Source of the DNA: Octopus bimaculoides | Taxonomy: Eukaryota | Direction of reading: 5' to 3' | Assembly: GCF_001194135.2 (NCBI RefSeq) | Contig: NC_068981.1 | Coordinates: 85,741,275-85,805,274 of the forward strand | Length of the DNA: 64,000 nucleotides | Shown: positions 25,904 to 39,079 of the stretch, piece by piece | Layout: each line of letters starts with the position of its first letter | How positions within the stretch are numbered: position 1 is the stretch's first letter | Program-made: the position numbers and the translations under genes | Notes under the pieces: model-generated | Told to the model about the DNA's origin: nothing | The model's database searches: none | What the model saw: the letters and a program-made list of their open reading frames with translations, nothing else

Positions 25904-26017
25904 GTGAAAGCAGGAGAGAGCAGGCATAAACAGATGGTTGACGAACACAATCGTATGGAAGAAGCTTTGGAACGTGTTAACCGACAGAAAAATCAGACTG
26001 AAAAGAAATGTACTCAG
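25904..26017 (+). CDS. BRAP: BRAP exon (VKAGESRHKQMVDEHNRMEEALERVNRQKNQTEKKCTQ), coiled coil
   Basis: ttttAG / CAG|GTATCT, phase 0-0; ends EKKCTQ like human ERKCTQ. Confidence 0.9.
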
Positions 26018-26109
26018 GTATCTTACAGAAGGAAAATAAATTCTTAATCATTATTTCTTATTATTTATGAAAAAAAAAAACCATAAATTTTCAGAATTCT
26101 TTTATTCAA

Positions 26110-26455
26110 TTTGGTGGGAACCTGTGAAAGAGGTAGACCCAGGAAGACATGGGATGAGGCAGTGAAGTATGGTCTTCGGATGTTAAGTCTCATGTAGGCG
26201 ATGACAAGTGATCGAGACCTTTGGTGATTTGTTGTGCTTGAGAAGACATGTCAAGCCAAATGAAATCTTTGGTGGGGCCAGTACCAGTGACATGTAAAAG
26301 GCACTCACTACACTCTGTGGAGTGGTTGGCAAAGGCATCCAACTGTAGAAGCCAAGCCAAAACAGTCTGGAACCTGGTGCAGCTCTGTGGCTTACCAGCT
26401 CCAGTCAAACCGTCTAACCCATGCCAGCATGGAAAACAGGTGTTAAATGATGATG
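26110..26455 (+). mobile_element. RTE 3'-end fragment including ORF end (RPRKTWDE)
   Basis: AGACCCAGGAAGACATGGGATGAGG matches about 48905-48930; (GAT)n tail. Confidence 0.8.
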
Positions 26456-27407
26456 ATTTATTTATTATTTTTGGTGTAGTTCTATAAACTTATATACATC
26501 ACTGTACTGTATCACTGTATTGACCAGACTATTGGATGTTGTTATATCCCCTTAGTCACAATGTGCTGCCAATTCTTCCTTCCCATTCCCTTGCATTGTT
26601 GTAGCTTTCAAATGGAGCCATCCTGCTTGGCTAGGCAGGCAGGTCATAATTACCTCTTCAAATTAGCTAGCTTCCAACCTCTAGTGAATAGACTATGTGC
26701 TTGCTTGTGTGAGAATGTCTCTTTGTAGGGCCAGCAGATTCTGTACTTTTGTGGCTTGGTTGGACTTCCCAGGGTATATGCCCCACTACTATAGCTTCTG
26801 AATATCCATTGCAACTGTTACACTGCTATGAGGCACTGAAGTTGGGTTTCACAAATTTATATATATTTATAAGAATTACTGCTACAAATGCTTTTACATG
26901 TCACATTTCCTAAACTATACTTTTGAGAATGGCAATAGTATCTAATTTAAAGCTAAGTAAATAATATTCCTATTTTAAAAGCATAATTATATAATGCTTG
27001 TGGCTGTGTTTCAATGTACTGGTAAATTGAAACCTGGCTGCTGTTTCTGGCATCATTTTATTATTGTAGCATGGATTAGATTCTTAAAATTAACTCAACA
27101 TTTTATATATGCTTAGATGCTAGTGTGAGAGTCATCCCTATAATCATTTTGTATTTTTATCTTGAACTCTATCATATTACTGATATCATTGTTAGATTGA
27201 CCTAGACCCTCTGCAATTGATTTATATTTACTTAACAGATATTTCCTATCACATTTTCAGCGAGTTATTTCTTTATTGTCCCAGTAAATCTTATAATTTT
27301 TATTTCCTTCATATCTATCTCCAGATTGTAATTCCACATATTGTATTTAGTTTCTTTTCCTAGTATATCTTGAATATTGAACTTCTTGATACTAATCAGA
27401 CAGAGCA

Positions 27408-27792
27408 CAGGAGTGGCTGTGTGGTAAGAAGCTTACTTCCGAACCACATGGTTCCGGGTTCAGTCCCACTGTATGGCATCTTCTACTATAGCCTCAACCC
27501 AACCAAAGCCTTGTGAGCGGATTTGGTAGATGGAAACTGAAAGAAGCCCGTCGTATATATATGTATATATATATATATATATGTGTATCTGTGTTTGTCC
27601 TACCCATTACCACTTGACAACTGGTATTGGTGTGTTTATGTCCCCTGTAACTTAGCAGGTCATCAAAAGAGAACAATAGAATAAGTACTAGACTTAAAAA
27701 ATAAGTACTGGGGTCGATTCATTTGACTAAAAATTCGAGGTGTTGCTCCAGCATGGCTGCAGTGTAATGCCTGAAACTGGTAAAAGATAAAA
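27408..27792 (+). mobile_element. SINE family A, full length
   Basis: CAGGAGTGGCTGTGTGGTAAG head; tail GTAAAAGATAAAAGA. Confidence 0.88.
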
Positions 27793-28217
27793 GATATTAA
27801 TCACATAAAGCTAACCTAAGTTTAGTTAAGATTTTCTTCAACTATTAGTATCAGAAATTAGTCATACACAGGATATATTTCCCTGGTGTCCAAGCATCAT
27901 ATATTATACACCTTCCCAATTTTTTCCAACCACCAGAATAACTTGGGACTTATGAAAGGAAAACCTTATATTACTCAGAGCATATGAGACAAGAGCTAAC
28001 TAACAGTCTGAAAACAAATCTGGACATTTAAGACAAACTAATGAAAATACTTTGGACATGCAAGGGATTAAATGCACAGGTTTCCACTGTGCATGCTATT
28101 CATTTAAGTAATATGTAGAATGTCATAAAGCATAAATATAGGAGTATTAGAGTATATGTCTTTGAATGCAAAAGTATGAAAAAGAAATAAACGATGATTT
28201 ATAATCTATTATAACAG

Positions 28218-28364
28218 TATCACAGTCAGTTATCAAAAGTGATGAGGGAGCTGCAAGAAGAACGTGCAATGAATAAATCACTCCAAGAAAACCAAAGTGT
28301 TTGGCAAGAAAAAGTTGCTAAACTTGAAATCAGAGTAAAGGAAATCAATGATACTAAAAGCCAA
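28218..28364 (+). CDS. BRAP: BRAP exon (YHSQLSKVMRELQEERAMNKSLQENQ...KEINDTKSQ), coiled coil
   Basis: aacAG / CAA|GTGAGT, phase 0-0; EL.EE..MNK.L..NQ motif. An in-frame alternative acceptor at 28230 is possible. Confidence 0.92.
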
Positions 28365-28698
28365 GTGAGTATATATTCTATTTATTCACTTTTAAATTAT
28401 ATTAATCTCTTATTCTTATTGCTTGGGATATATCCCTCAATAAAAGTGATTGCAAACTCTTACAATTTTCTCTAAATTATTTGCAGCAAAATCTATATTC
28501 TATATTGTTTATTAGCTTCTTCGATATTTTTTAAGCAATTATGAAATCTGTGTTATGAAGAATGTAGTTTGCATCCTAGTTTTGATGATTATCTAGTGAT
28601 AGTTCTCTACATTGCTGCTGATTTAGAGAAATGCATTACCTAATTCCTATAAAAAATATTAACTGTTGCCTGTTTTATATTATATTTGCAACTCTCTT

Positions 28699-29086
28699 GT
28701 GGAGGTACAATGGCCCGTTGGTTAGCGCAGTGGACTCGCGGTCGTAGGATCACGGTTTCGATTCCCAGACTGGTCATTGTGAGTGTTTATTGAGCGTAAA
28801 CGCCCAAAGTTCCACAAGGCTCCGGCAGGAGATGGTGGCGAACCCTACTGTACTCTTTCACCACAACTTTCTCTCACTCTTTCTTCCTGTTTCTGTTGTG
28901 CCTGTAATTCAAAGGGCCAGCCTTGTCACACTGTGTCACGCTGAATCTCCTCGAGAACTATGTTAAGGGTACACGTGTCTGGAGTGCTCAGCCACTTGCA
29001 TGTTAATTTCACGAGCAGGCTGTTCCGTTGATCGAATCAACTGGAACCCTCGTCGTCGTAAGCGACGGAGTGCCAACAACAACTTA
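28699..29086 (+). mobile_element. tRNA-derived SINE family B (GGAGGCGCAATGGCCCAGTGGTTAG head, (CAA)n tail)
   Basis: A/B-box-like head; TSD GCAACTCTCTT (28688-28698, 29087-29097). Confidence 0.88.
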
Positions 29087-30298
29087 GCAACTCTCTTACG
29101 GCATAAGAACCAAAGTAGGGCTACATTTGATGTATACTCCTGATTCTTTTACCTAATCTGAAGAAATAATTAGAAACATATCAAAACAAAAAGAAATTCA
29201 TCTACTTATGTGATCAGTATCTAAATGAATTTTGCACTAATTATTATTATAGTCATCATTATCATCATTTGATATATTGTAACTGTGAGCATAATTTCTC
29301 TTGCATTTTGATCACAAAAAACTTACGAAAAGATTGACACACCTTACCACTTTTGTAAAAAGAATAAGTAAACCATCAAAATTATTTTGCTCCATATTCT
29401 TTTATTCTTTTACTGGTCTTAGTCATCAAACTGCAGGCTTGCTGTGGCACCATCTTCAAGCATTTAAGCATTCATATCTATCGCTAGTATTTATTTTTAA
29501 GTCTGGTACATATTTTATTGCCTACTATTTGTAAAACTGCTAGGTTAAGAAACATAATCAAACAATACCTGCTTTTAAGCAGTGAAAACATAAATGCGTG
29601 CACACACACACGCATGCAAGGGCTTCCATAAAGTTTTTCTGTACTGAATTTAACTCAGAAGGCATTGGTAAGTCTGAGACTATTGTATAATGCACTTACA
29701 AAAAGTACTGCCTGAAAACTGCATGGTTGCAAAGTAAACTTCTTAACTAAACTGCCATGCCTGCACCTATAATCATTATTTAAAAAATTGATATCCAAGT
29801 CTCAGTAATTTCTGAGATACTACAGTGGATATTCATGCAATGAATAAAACCAGCAAACTGGGTATGTTAGATAAAGAGTATAATGATGGTGGTGCACAAC
29901 TAAATGTCATTATTCCTGTAAATAGGTCGTCAACAACTTGTGGAATCAATTAACATTTTTGTAGATAAAATTTTTATTGCTGCAGAGTCTCTGTTGACTC
30001 TGTCATTCTTTTAATAATTGTTTCTCTATGCTCTTTTATATTAATTTTTTTTTTTTGATATGAGTAAAACTTATTTTTATGAATGAAACAGTTTGACCTT
30101 TTTATATAGATTTAATTGTTAGTTTAATTCTGATAACAATTTACTGATGACAACCTAAGTGCATTTTAAAGATTATATTAATTTTTGTGACGAGTTCACT
30201 CACTCCTGATCATTTAGGTTTTGTTGTTGGATGTGTATGTATTGCTTAATTATAACTATTAGAAACTATTAGAAAATTACCATCATCCCCAAAAGAGG

Positions 30299-30527
30299 TT
30301 TAATGCTTTAGTATTTAATCTAGCCACATCTAGCCCAAATATTTTACCCGTTTTATGTTAAAACTGATCAAATCCAATCCCTTGCAACTACCCTACAAAG
30401 TCATTTTTAAAATGTACAAACATACCATTGAAATCTTGAAGCTACAAGAAAATGCTTAATAAATTCAAAGCAATGTGAATAAATAAGCAATACATTTGAC
30501 AAAGATATCTGAATGCTAAAGGGTTAA
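30299..30527. mobile_element. piggyBac-like MITE, second family
   Basis: Right end GAATGCTAAAGGG-TTAA with decayed left TIR TTAA-TGCTTTAGTATT; related fragment at about 50660-50830. Confidence 0.5.
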
Positions 30528-30629
30528 TAAACTTTCCTATGTTATACTCCTAATATACATAGCTACAAAGGTAGGTCTTTTTGCTTTCTTGCATTGTATT
30601 CTTTTCCCTTCTATCACTCTAATTTTCAG

Positions 30630-31013
30630 TGGAGGTGCAATGGCTCAGTGGTTAGGGCAGTGGACTCGCGGTCATAGAATCACGGTTTCGATTCCCAGAC
30701 CGGGCGTTGTGAGTGTTTATTGAGCGAAAACACCTAAAGCTCCACGAGGCTCCGGCAGGGGATGGTGGCAAACCCTGCTGTACTCTTCCACCACAACTTT
30801 CTCTCACTCTTACTTCCTGTTTCTGTTGTGCCTGTAATTCAAAGGGTCAACCTTGTCACACTGTGTCACGCTGAATATCCCCGAGAACTACGTTAAGGGT
30901 ACACGTGTCTGTGGAGTGCTCAGCCACTTGCACATTAATTTCACGAGCAGGTTGTTCCGTTGATCGGATCAACTGGAACCCTCGACATTGTAAGTGACGG
31001 AGTGCCAACAACA
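30630..31013 (+). mobile_element. tRNA-derived SINE family B, full length
   Basis: High identity to 28699-29086; 14-bp imperfect TSD ACTCTAATTTTCAG / ACTCCTATTTTCAG. Confidence 0.9.
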
Positions 31014-31584
31014 ACTCCTATTTTCAGTACAGGCTTACGAAGTGGGTGGAAGAGAAAATCAACCAAAGCTACTAGAGAGCCAGTTGATACAGCCAAGCTT
31101 GTGCATTACAAGGAAATTTAGATACATGTGTATGAGGATGTATATGTTAAAAATAATATCTAGATGGTTAATGTTTCCACAGGAATTGGATAATTTAAAA
31201 GAAAAGTAAAAGAAAATTTCGATTATTTGTACTAATATGGTGATCTTTGAGTTTAGATCACGTTCATTTTTGTCTTCTGTCTCCTTGTGTCTTTATGTCA
31301 TGTTAAAAATTGGTGTCATTGTACTTGTATCAGCATTTTATTTTTGTTTAATATTAGTACTTTCTGCTGTGCTATTAATCTTATCTTTAGAGTGTATATT
31401 TGCTATAGATATAATTACACTTTGTTTTGATCAATTTGTTCTCTGATAATCTCAAGTCTTATTCCTGGGTGTGTAACAGTCAGTAGTTTCAAAAATAAGG
31501 ATATTACCACATTTTAGTCAGTTTGACAAAGGTAGTATAGATAGATAGGTAGTATAGGTACATACTTATTATAAATATTTATAA

Positions 31585-31800
31585 AGCTGTGAGCTGGTGG
31601 AAGTGTTAACATGCCAGGCAAAATTCTTAGTGACATTTCATTTGTCTTTATATTCTGAGTTCAAACTTAGCTGAGGTTGACTTTACCTTTCATCCTTTTG
31701 GGGTCGATAAAATAAGTACCAGTTGAGCACTGGGGTTGATGTAATCGAGTTACCCCTTGCCCAAATTTTCTGGCTTTGTGGCGAAATTTGAAACCCTTAT
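31585..31800 (+). mobile_element. Diverged copy of the Nin-like SINE
   Basis: GAGCTGGTGGAAGTGTTAACATGCCAGG head; CCTTTCATCCTTTTGGGGTCGATAAAATAAGTACCAG core. Confidence 0.75.
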
Positions 31801-32817
31801 AAATATTTATATAAAATGGGAGTTAATAACCTTGGTAATTATAATCCCAAATCAAATAGTTTGTCTTTTAACCAACAACCTATTAGCTACTGGTGCTTAC
31901 CCTTACATCAGCTGTGATGAGCAGACTTCTGATCGAAGACATTCCAGCCATGACAATCTCATATTTTTCTCAGATATAGTGCATTTAAGATTACATTATA
32001 TGACATAATTTTCTTTCTGTAAGTGGGTAAGGTTTAATGGCAGGGTGATTTGACTGCTGTTTCTAGCAGATCATGATACAACTTAGATGTTCTCTTTTTG
32101 ATTTGATTGCAGTTTGTGTGTGTGCGTTTTGAACAGATTATGAAAATGTAAATGTATATCAGTTGTCTCTATAAGGGGATGGTGATAATTATGATAAGTT
32201 TAAACTTAGCTTTTCATGAGTGTGTGTCTATGTACATTCTGCATATGCATGTGTATGAATGCATTCTCTGTGTGTGTGTGTATTTAGTTACATTTTAGTT
32301 CTTTGTTGCTTCAAAATGAGATAACAACTAGGTTGCTGAATGATGGAAATAAGAGAATTATGTTAAGCTCATATTATTAAAAGTAAAATGCGAAAAAGCT
32401 GAAAGTAAATGAGATATATAAAGGCCATACTAAAATTGTACTCATTTCACTTGGTCAAACATTGTAAACAGTTTTTAAAAAGAAAAATAATAACAACTTA
32501 GCTCCATTCTATGACCTGTACACAGAGCAAAGCACTAGCACTACTTTAACTCTTTAACCACTTAACAGCATTTCAAATAAGTTCTTAATTTTCTACACTT
32601 GTCTGTTGCTTATTTACTTTACATGGGATTTTCTGTATTTGTACTTGTGTATGCATTGATGTATATATATATATATATATATATACATTTTGTGTTTATG
32701 CATATCAATGTGTTTGTTGTGTCTAATTTATGCATGCAAATACATTGCCACTGCACGTAAGTTGATATACAGACATACATATAAGACATTATCATTACTA
32801 TTTTTATTATTATTATT

Positions 32818-33366
32818 GAGTAAGAGAGCAGCGCATGCCATCAAAGTGAAACTGGAGTACAATTATACAAAGCCCAATATCCCCATCATGACTACCCATC
32901 TGATAAGGGTACACCAGGCACATGCATCACAACCACATGTGCACGACATGGTGATCTTATATCAAGATAAACAGCACATGACCTTGCAGGTGGGGCCCAA
33001 TTAGTATTTTCTTCATGTTGAGTAGCCCATCCTCCTCAAAAGGTCCCTGAATAAGGTTTGTTTAAGGATGTTGAATGAAACACCCATGTTTCTTGAGGTG
33101 AATTATTCAAACCCCAAAGAATTCCTCTCAACATGTGGTTATGATGCTCCCCCACTGCTTCTGCTTGTGATCAGAGACACACATATTGTCAGCCACTGAG
33201 GAACATGCTCAACTGGTTAGGGTCAAACAACTCACAAGCAAATCTGTGGTATTAAGCAGAATATTTACTGTAGCACATCTTTTATACTAAGACAAAACAA
33301 TGTACATGATAACATTTCCAATCGGTTAAGATCAGAAGCCATGAGAGCCACTGCCTGGTATTGCAT
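32818..33366 (-). mobile_element. Non-coding about 550-nt retroelement ending in (AAT)n, copy 2
   Basis: ATT-rich microsatellite on both flanks; colinear with copy 1. Confidence 0.8.
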
Positions 33367-34299
33367 CATCATCATCATTATTATTATTATTAAGAAGGCC
33401 AATTCAGATTATTTACTGTGAAAAATCAATGACCTATATAGAAGCAGGTCCTAAACACAGTGTTCGTTCCTTATATAATGTGGTAGAGTGAGCTTTGAGG
33501 TGGATCTGGTTGCTTTTTCTTACAGGTTAAATGACTACATAGTCTTTCTTGTTGAACTGATGCAGGTAATGTTAGTGGATTATTATTACTTATTGTTAGT
33601 ACTACTACAGTGTCATCAAAGCCTTGATCTTTGGAATTGCTTGTACCACATTTTTGTTTATCCAAATGTCTGGCTTGTCATGCTTTGTGTTGGTAAAAAT
33701 TATTTCATAAAATATGCAGATTTGCATAAGCTGGTTGGGCTTGGCTAGATGAGAGGTGGCATTTCATCCTTTTGTTAGGAAGAAAATTATTTTAAATCTT
33801 GATGATAGTAAGGAGGATATATGCCTGAAGAATGAATGGAGAAGATAGGATAAGGGAAAAGAAGGTAACTGGGCAGAAAAAAAATGGTGTTGATAGGAAT
33901 GGCCAGAGTGATAAACTTAAATGTTTCAGAAAGTCTGATGAGTTCAACAATGGCCTAATCTTGTCGAGAAGAAAAGGATTCTAAAAAAGTGTTGTATCAT
34001 CATCATCATCATCCTCATCATTATTATTATCATCATCATCATCGTTTAATGTTTGCCTTCCATGCTAGCATGGGTAAACAAACACATCCGCATACTGGCA
34101 GGAATAGAAAAAATATTGTTTTGGTGGAGGAGAAATGGTAATGCATAGATTTGTTGGTGGTGGGAAACGTTTGTCAGTTTCACAAATTTTCATAGAAGCC
34201 CAGAGAACATACAAGAATGTGTGTTAGAAGAATGAAGTAAGAGGAATTTGAAGAAGGAAGGATCACTCCATTCTGCATTTAAATTAACATTTGCTGTAC

Positions 34300-35330
34300 C
34301 TGACACTTCTGTTAGCTTTTTAGCCATCCCTGTTGCTACTGCCAACATCTGTCAGTCCATCCTTGTCTACTACAAGTCTACAAATTCCCATATCTACCCC
34401 AACTAGTATTCCTCTCATTCCCACACTGAATCTTGTCTCTTCTTCCCTGTTCTTCAGGAACAGGCTGTGCAGTTGAAACTGTCTTCATGTTGTCCCTTTT
34501 CTTCAAATTCAGTTATTGGTAGTGGATGCCACATTTCATCAAACCTCAGTTATCAGCTGAACCACACATTCCTACCAAGCACATGCATGCAAAAAGATCA
34601 AATTAACCTCTTTCATCAAGCCATTTTCCCATTAAAACGAACACTCCTTTGTACCTCCCATTTTCTAATCTCTGACCTTGTAACTGATCCCACTTCTTTC
34701 TAGGAAAAAAGCAATAAAATGTCATGACTTTTTGGTTAGAATGTGCATAGCTGCACTTGGCCAAGTGTCTTCAAAGGCTCTCATCACAGATGTATTTTTC
34801 CATTCTTTCATCTCCAACATCACCAGCCTTTAGCTGTATTTCATTTACCATATTTGATAGCATACAAAACATATAGGCATATTAAATGTACCCCAATTTC
34901 TCCAACATGTATTGATGAGAAAAGATTTTACTTTAATAAAGCATATGATACAGGTTCAACTTGGCATATAGGACCCAGGGTGATTTTTTAAAGACATTTT
35001 TTGAGAAAAAAAAGAAGCGTCATATATGCCATCTAATATGTTACTTCATCTTCTATATGGCATGCAGACTTTGTAACACATTATGTATTAATGAAACAGG
35101 ATACATTTCAAAAAGTGGCTTCTGCAAAACATCTTGTTCATTAAAATCATTCAGAGCATCTGCAAACCTATGGCTTCCTATTTCAACATAACAAATCACA
35201 CACTGATGTGCAATAACTTGATTACCAAAGTTATCGGACATCATGAGACCTCTTCATACATTTCTAAACAAATGGAAACCCAATTTGCTTTTACACTTGG
35301 CATGGTTCTCCAATGAGCATGAAGAAACAG
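34300..35330 (-). mobile_element. Ancient RTE-like RT relic
   Basis: KQIGF...DVR.L...ALNDFNEQDVLQKPL..YPVSLIHNVLQSLH resembles the QFGF...KAFD.V...LW..L...G.P....L..L region. Confidence 0.4.
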
Positions 35331-36429
35331 TTTGACTTTTCCTTCCTCTCCTCCCATTTTGTGAATATCTGTATTGATATGTGCATGCACAGAGAGACAC
35401 ACATTCTTACATCAGTGCATTGCTTTCCTCCCTTCCTAGAAATTGTTATTTTTCTCTTTCAGCTCTACTGACCTATTAACACCATTTTTGCCTGGTTGCC
35501 TCCTCCTTCCTTAATCCTTTCTCCTGTCTCTTTCCTTCCTCATACATTCTTCAAGAACCCTTAGAAAATGTATTTGCATGTACACATTAACACTCATTCT
35601 CACTCTCTACATTTACACATTACTCTTCCTTCTCCTACTGTGACCATATTTTTTTCTCTTCCTGCTTGTGTTAATGCTTGTTTAAATATGTGGATATGTA
35701 CATAATGTATGTATATGTGCCTGTTTATGCATACATACATATAAATACACAGGCACACATGTACACATATAGAATGTATAGTTACAAAACATATCCATTA
35801 TAGCTTTTACTCCCCCCACTCTCATCTGCCATAAATTTAGCATCTGTTTAACTCTCATAGTCTTTTCCCTCCACTTCATATTGTCATTCTGGCCACTGAC
35901 CACCTGTCAACACCCTTTTAACCTGGCCACCTCCTTCTTTATTCTTTTCTCCTTCACACATTCTTCAAATGTATGTTCTCAGTGCCATTATAAATATTAC
36001 AAAAATGTTTTCTTTCTGATGAAAGTTTAGCTTGGAACATCAGGGTGCTTGTCTTTCCAGGGCATATACGGTTATCCAAATTTGCAAACTTACTCCTTCC
36101 AAGTTCCTCAATTGTATTTGGGATGTAGTGTGAAAATAGTCTTTACTTTCCACCAGAATATATAAAAAGACTCTTGAAGTAAGAGAATTGGCTTGATCAA
36201 ATTTAGCCAAAAAATATTCTGTGTTCATTTTTTCAGGTTTTTGACAAATTTTTTTAATGTATTTCTAGAAACAGTAAAGTCTTTTAATGCATTTATAGAA
36301 ATAATAAAATATTCAAAAATATTGGAAAGAAAGGGGAAACAGAAAGCATTACTAAGTAGCTAAAAGAGAAGTTAAGTATCAAATGTACTTAAAAAAGTAT
36401 ACTTGAGAAGGAAAGAAGCAGGGAGTAAG

Positions 36430-38060
36430 AAATTCACGTTTTGCACTGTGAGAATCAGCAATATGAGGTGTATGGAAATGCAAGACAGTGTGCTACAGAA
36501 AACTGTGGTATTGTTGGAGAGAAGTTTTTCCAGAGTGATAATGGCACACTTATCCTTACTGTTACTGGGAAGAAAAATATGAAAGTGCTATTATGTGAGG
36601 TTACTGAATATGGAGAATTTATGGGAGATGGTCTGCCTCATGTAGACCTAATAGGGACCAGCCATCCAAGTTGACAGCAGTATAGTAAGTAGAGCAATTA
36701 TGGATATGATGACAGGGAAGACATGTGGTCCATCAGGAATCACTACTGATGTGCTCAAACTGTCTATTGGAGCGAGGCACAGGCTAGTCATGTGCATTGT
36801 TAATCGGCTTGTACAGGAAAGTTTCATACCCAGTGATTGGTATGTATCATTGTCAATTGCTACAAGGGCAAATGATATGCTCTGGAGAGAGGAAACTACA
36901 GAAGCACCAAATTGTTGGATCAAGTTATGAAAGTATTATTGCAAAGTTAATTAGGGACTGCCTGGTAACCTGGAAAAGATGCAGTTAGACTTTGTACCAA
37001 TAAGTGACATAGTGCTTAGAGAGATAATTGAACAAGGCCTTTGATATATGCCATCACTCTATGATCTGGTAGTTGTTGAGGAAGTTAGGGGTTGATAAAT
37101 GTCTTCTGAAAGCTGTACAAGTCATGCACAGAGGTGTTGTCAACAAGGTAAGAGTCAGCATTGAGTTCAATGTTGATTTAGTGTTCAGGTAGAGGTCTTT
37201 TAGAGCTCAGTTTTCAGGCCCTTCCTGTTTATTGTAGTCCAAGTTATAACAGAGGAGTTTAAAAACAGTTGCTCATGGGAACTATTGTTCATAGAAAATT
37301 TGGAGAAATTCCAGACATTGAAGCAAAATATTTAAGTAAAGTTAGTAATGACAAAAGTTTTACTATGCAGAAAAAGAGTAAGTAGAAACTCTTTTTGGTA
37401 TGCTTAATGTAAACAGTTGACACCTAAGTAATATAGTGGGATCACAGCTAAGTTAATAGACAAAGTAGACTTCATATGCAGCTGGTGCTCAGGGACATTA
37501 AGCGTTAAGAGCCCATACAAAATAGTCTTTCTCAACTGTCATGGCAGCTCTTTGGAAGTGCTTGATGGTTTCTGTTAACTAGTGACCTTATTAGCAGTTG
37601 AGGTTGGTCTTCTGAAAGCATAGTAGCTAGATTAAAAACAAGTTGACAAAAGTTCAGGGAACTATTGCCTCTTTTAGCAACAAAGTGTTACTCTCTCAGA
37701 AAGAAGGAAATATATTACAAAAGTTGCATATGAAGTGCAATGTTGCATAGTAGTTAAATATGAACTTTGAATGTAGAAGACTAAAAAGAAATGAAGTGAG
37801 CCTTTTCTACTAGATGTGTTTGTGTAGGTACAACAGGAATTAGATGTAGCATGCAAAAGACAAGTCTGTGCTGGTATGAGCATATAATGCACATGGATTG
37901 ATATGAAAGTGGATGACAGAAATATTTGGGACAAAGAGGTGAAAATTGATTTTAAGATAGTGCATTTCATGAAAAAGATGACACAAGTCTCTACTGATGA
38001 GTGATGTGCAGTGTTGAAGACTCTACCATCTCTGCAAACATGGTGTAATGTACATTAATA
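36430..38060 (+). mobile_element. Older, heavily decayed copy of the RTE family
   Basis: CENQQYEVYGNARQCATENCGIVGEK and GKTCGPSGITTDVLK...IPSDWY align by eye with 47150-47560; PHD remnant near 37380-37500. Confidence 0.8.
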
Positions 38061-38439
38061 GAAGACAATATTAGAGGCTGGGATGCACATCCCTCATCTT
38101 GTACTTGCTAAATCTCTGCTTGTTACTCTTATCTTCTATTCATTGCCCTCTCATCCCCCATACTTCTCTATCCACTATCCATGCAATCATGGAATGAGTG
38201 ATGCACTAGATCTGCCTATATTCAATCATCTGCTATACCAGTGCTCCACAACCAGTATGTCACAACACACTGGTGTGCCATTAGATGATGCCAGGTGTGC
38301 CCCAGTGTAACTTGAATATAATGTCTTCCCTATACTTTTAGTTATATTTTTAGTTCAGTTGTGCCGCCGAATTTTGAAAAGAATATAAGTGTATCGCAAG
38401 TGAAAAAAGGTTGTGGAGCACTGCTCCACATCACCTGTA

Positions 38440-39070
38440 ACTCTCTGCTCCTTTCTTCCTTCCATGCTATTCCTTGAATAACAAAGGATTACAATGGATC
38501 TTTTAGAGTTAGGGGAGAAGCCAGAATAATAAATTTGCATATGTTCTGCAATGTAAGAATCAGAGGCATGAGGTGTTTCAGATTGTGATAGCGTGATGCT
38601 ACCGAGAACTGTATCATCTTTGAGGAAGTGTATGTGGAAAGGCACTCTTGCATTTACTGATACTGAAAGAAAAGTGCCATGGAAGTGCTATTATGAAAGG
38701 TTGCTGAATGTAGAGTAAAGGCAATAAGGGCAGCTGGTGGAGACTTAGCAAATACAAGATGAAATAAAGGGCCCTGATATAGATATGTACCTTAGCCTCT
38801 ATCACTGTCACCTATTAATATATGTTTCACCATACTTGTAGATATAGTGGAGTCTGAATGGAATCTGATATTCTCCTTTTATACATGTAGTGCAGCCCGG
38901 CACTCCCACAGGTCTTCTCTCTATTACCATCAGTCACACATACAGATGTCTCCACACACACTTTCTCAACATCAGCCACCGCTCACTTTTTCTCTGTTAT
39001 CATTGTTTAGTTCCTCTTTCTCAGCATGGCCTATTTAACAAAAAATTGCATCAGATTCATTATCATCTGA
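38440..39070 (-). mobile_element. Ancient BovB-like RTE 3' ORF relic
   Basis: EAKVHIYIRAL..IL... and QIYYSGFSPNSKRS resemble the KL.VY.A....LLYG and KQLLYGEL..GKRS motifs. Confidence 0.4.
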
Positions 39071-39079
39071 TAGCCATTG

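Noticed and set aside
28699-28780. tRNA genes at SINE heads (also 30630, 50996, 55129)
   Set aside because: No complete cloverleaf or acceptor stem. Each continues into a SINE body and tail, with TSDs where they could be checked.
33130-33366. U1 snRNA-derived head for the (AAT)n-tailed element (TACCAGGCAG, and C/GTAGTGGGGGA-like matches)
   Set aside because: Only two short matches, the spacing is wrong, and no U1 stem-loops or Sm site could be recovered.
33471-33665. Possible nested antisense gene exon in the last BRAP intron (DKQKCGTSN...FDDTVVVLT)
   Set aside because: There are no convincing splice sites or recognisable domain, and neighbouring frames have stops. It is more consistent with very old LINE debris.
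38412-38430. Perfect 9-bp inverted repeat TGTGGAGCA-C-TGCTCCACA
   Set aside because: Short enough to arise by chance in 64 kb, has a 1-nt spacer, and sits at the edge of a LINE relic.
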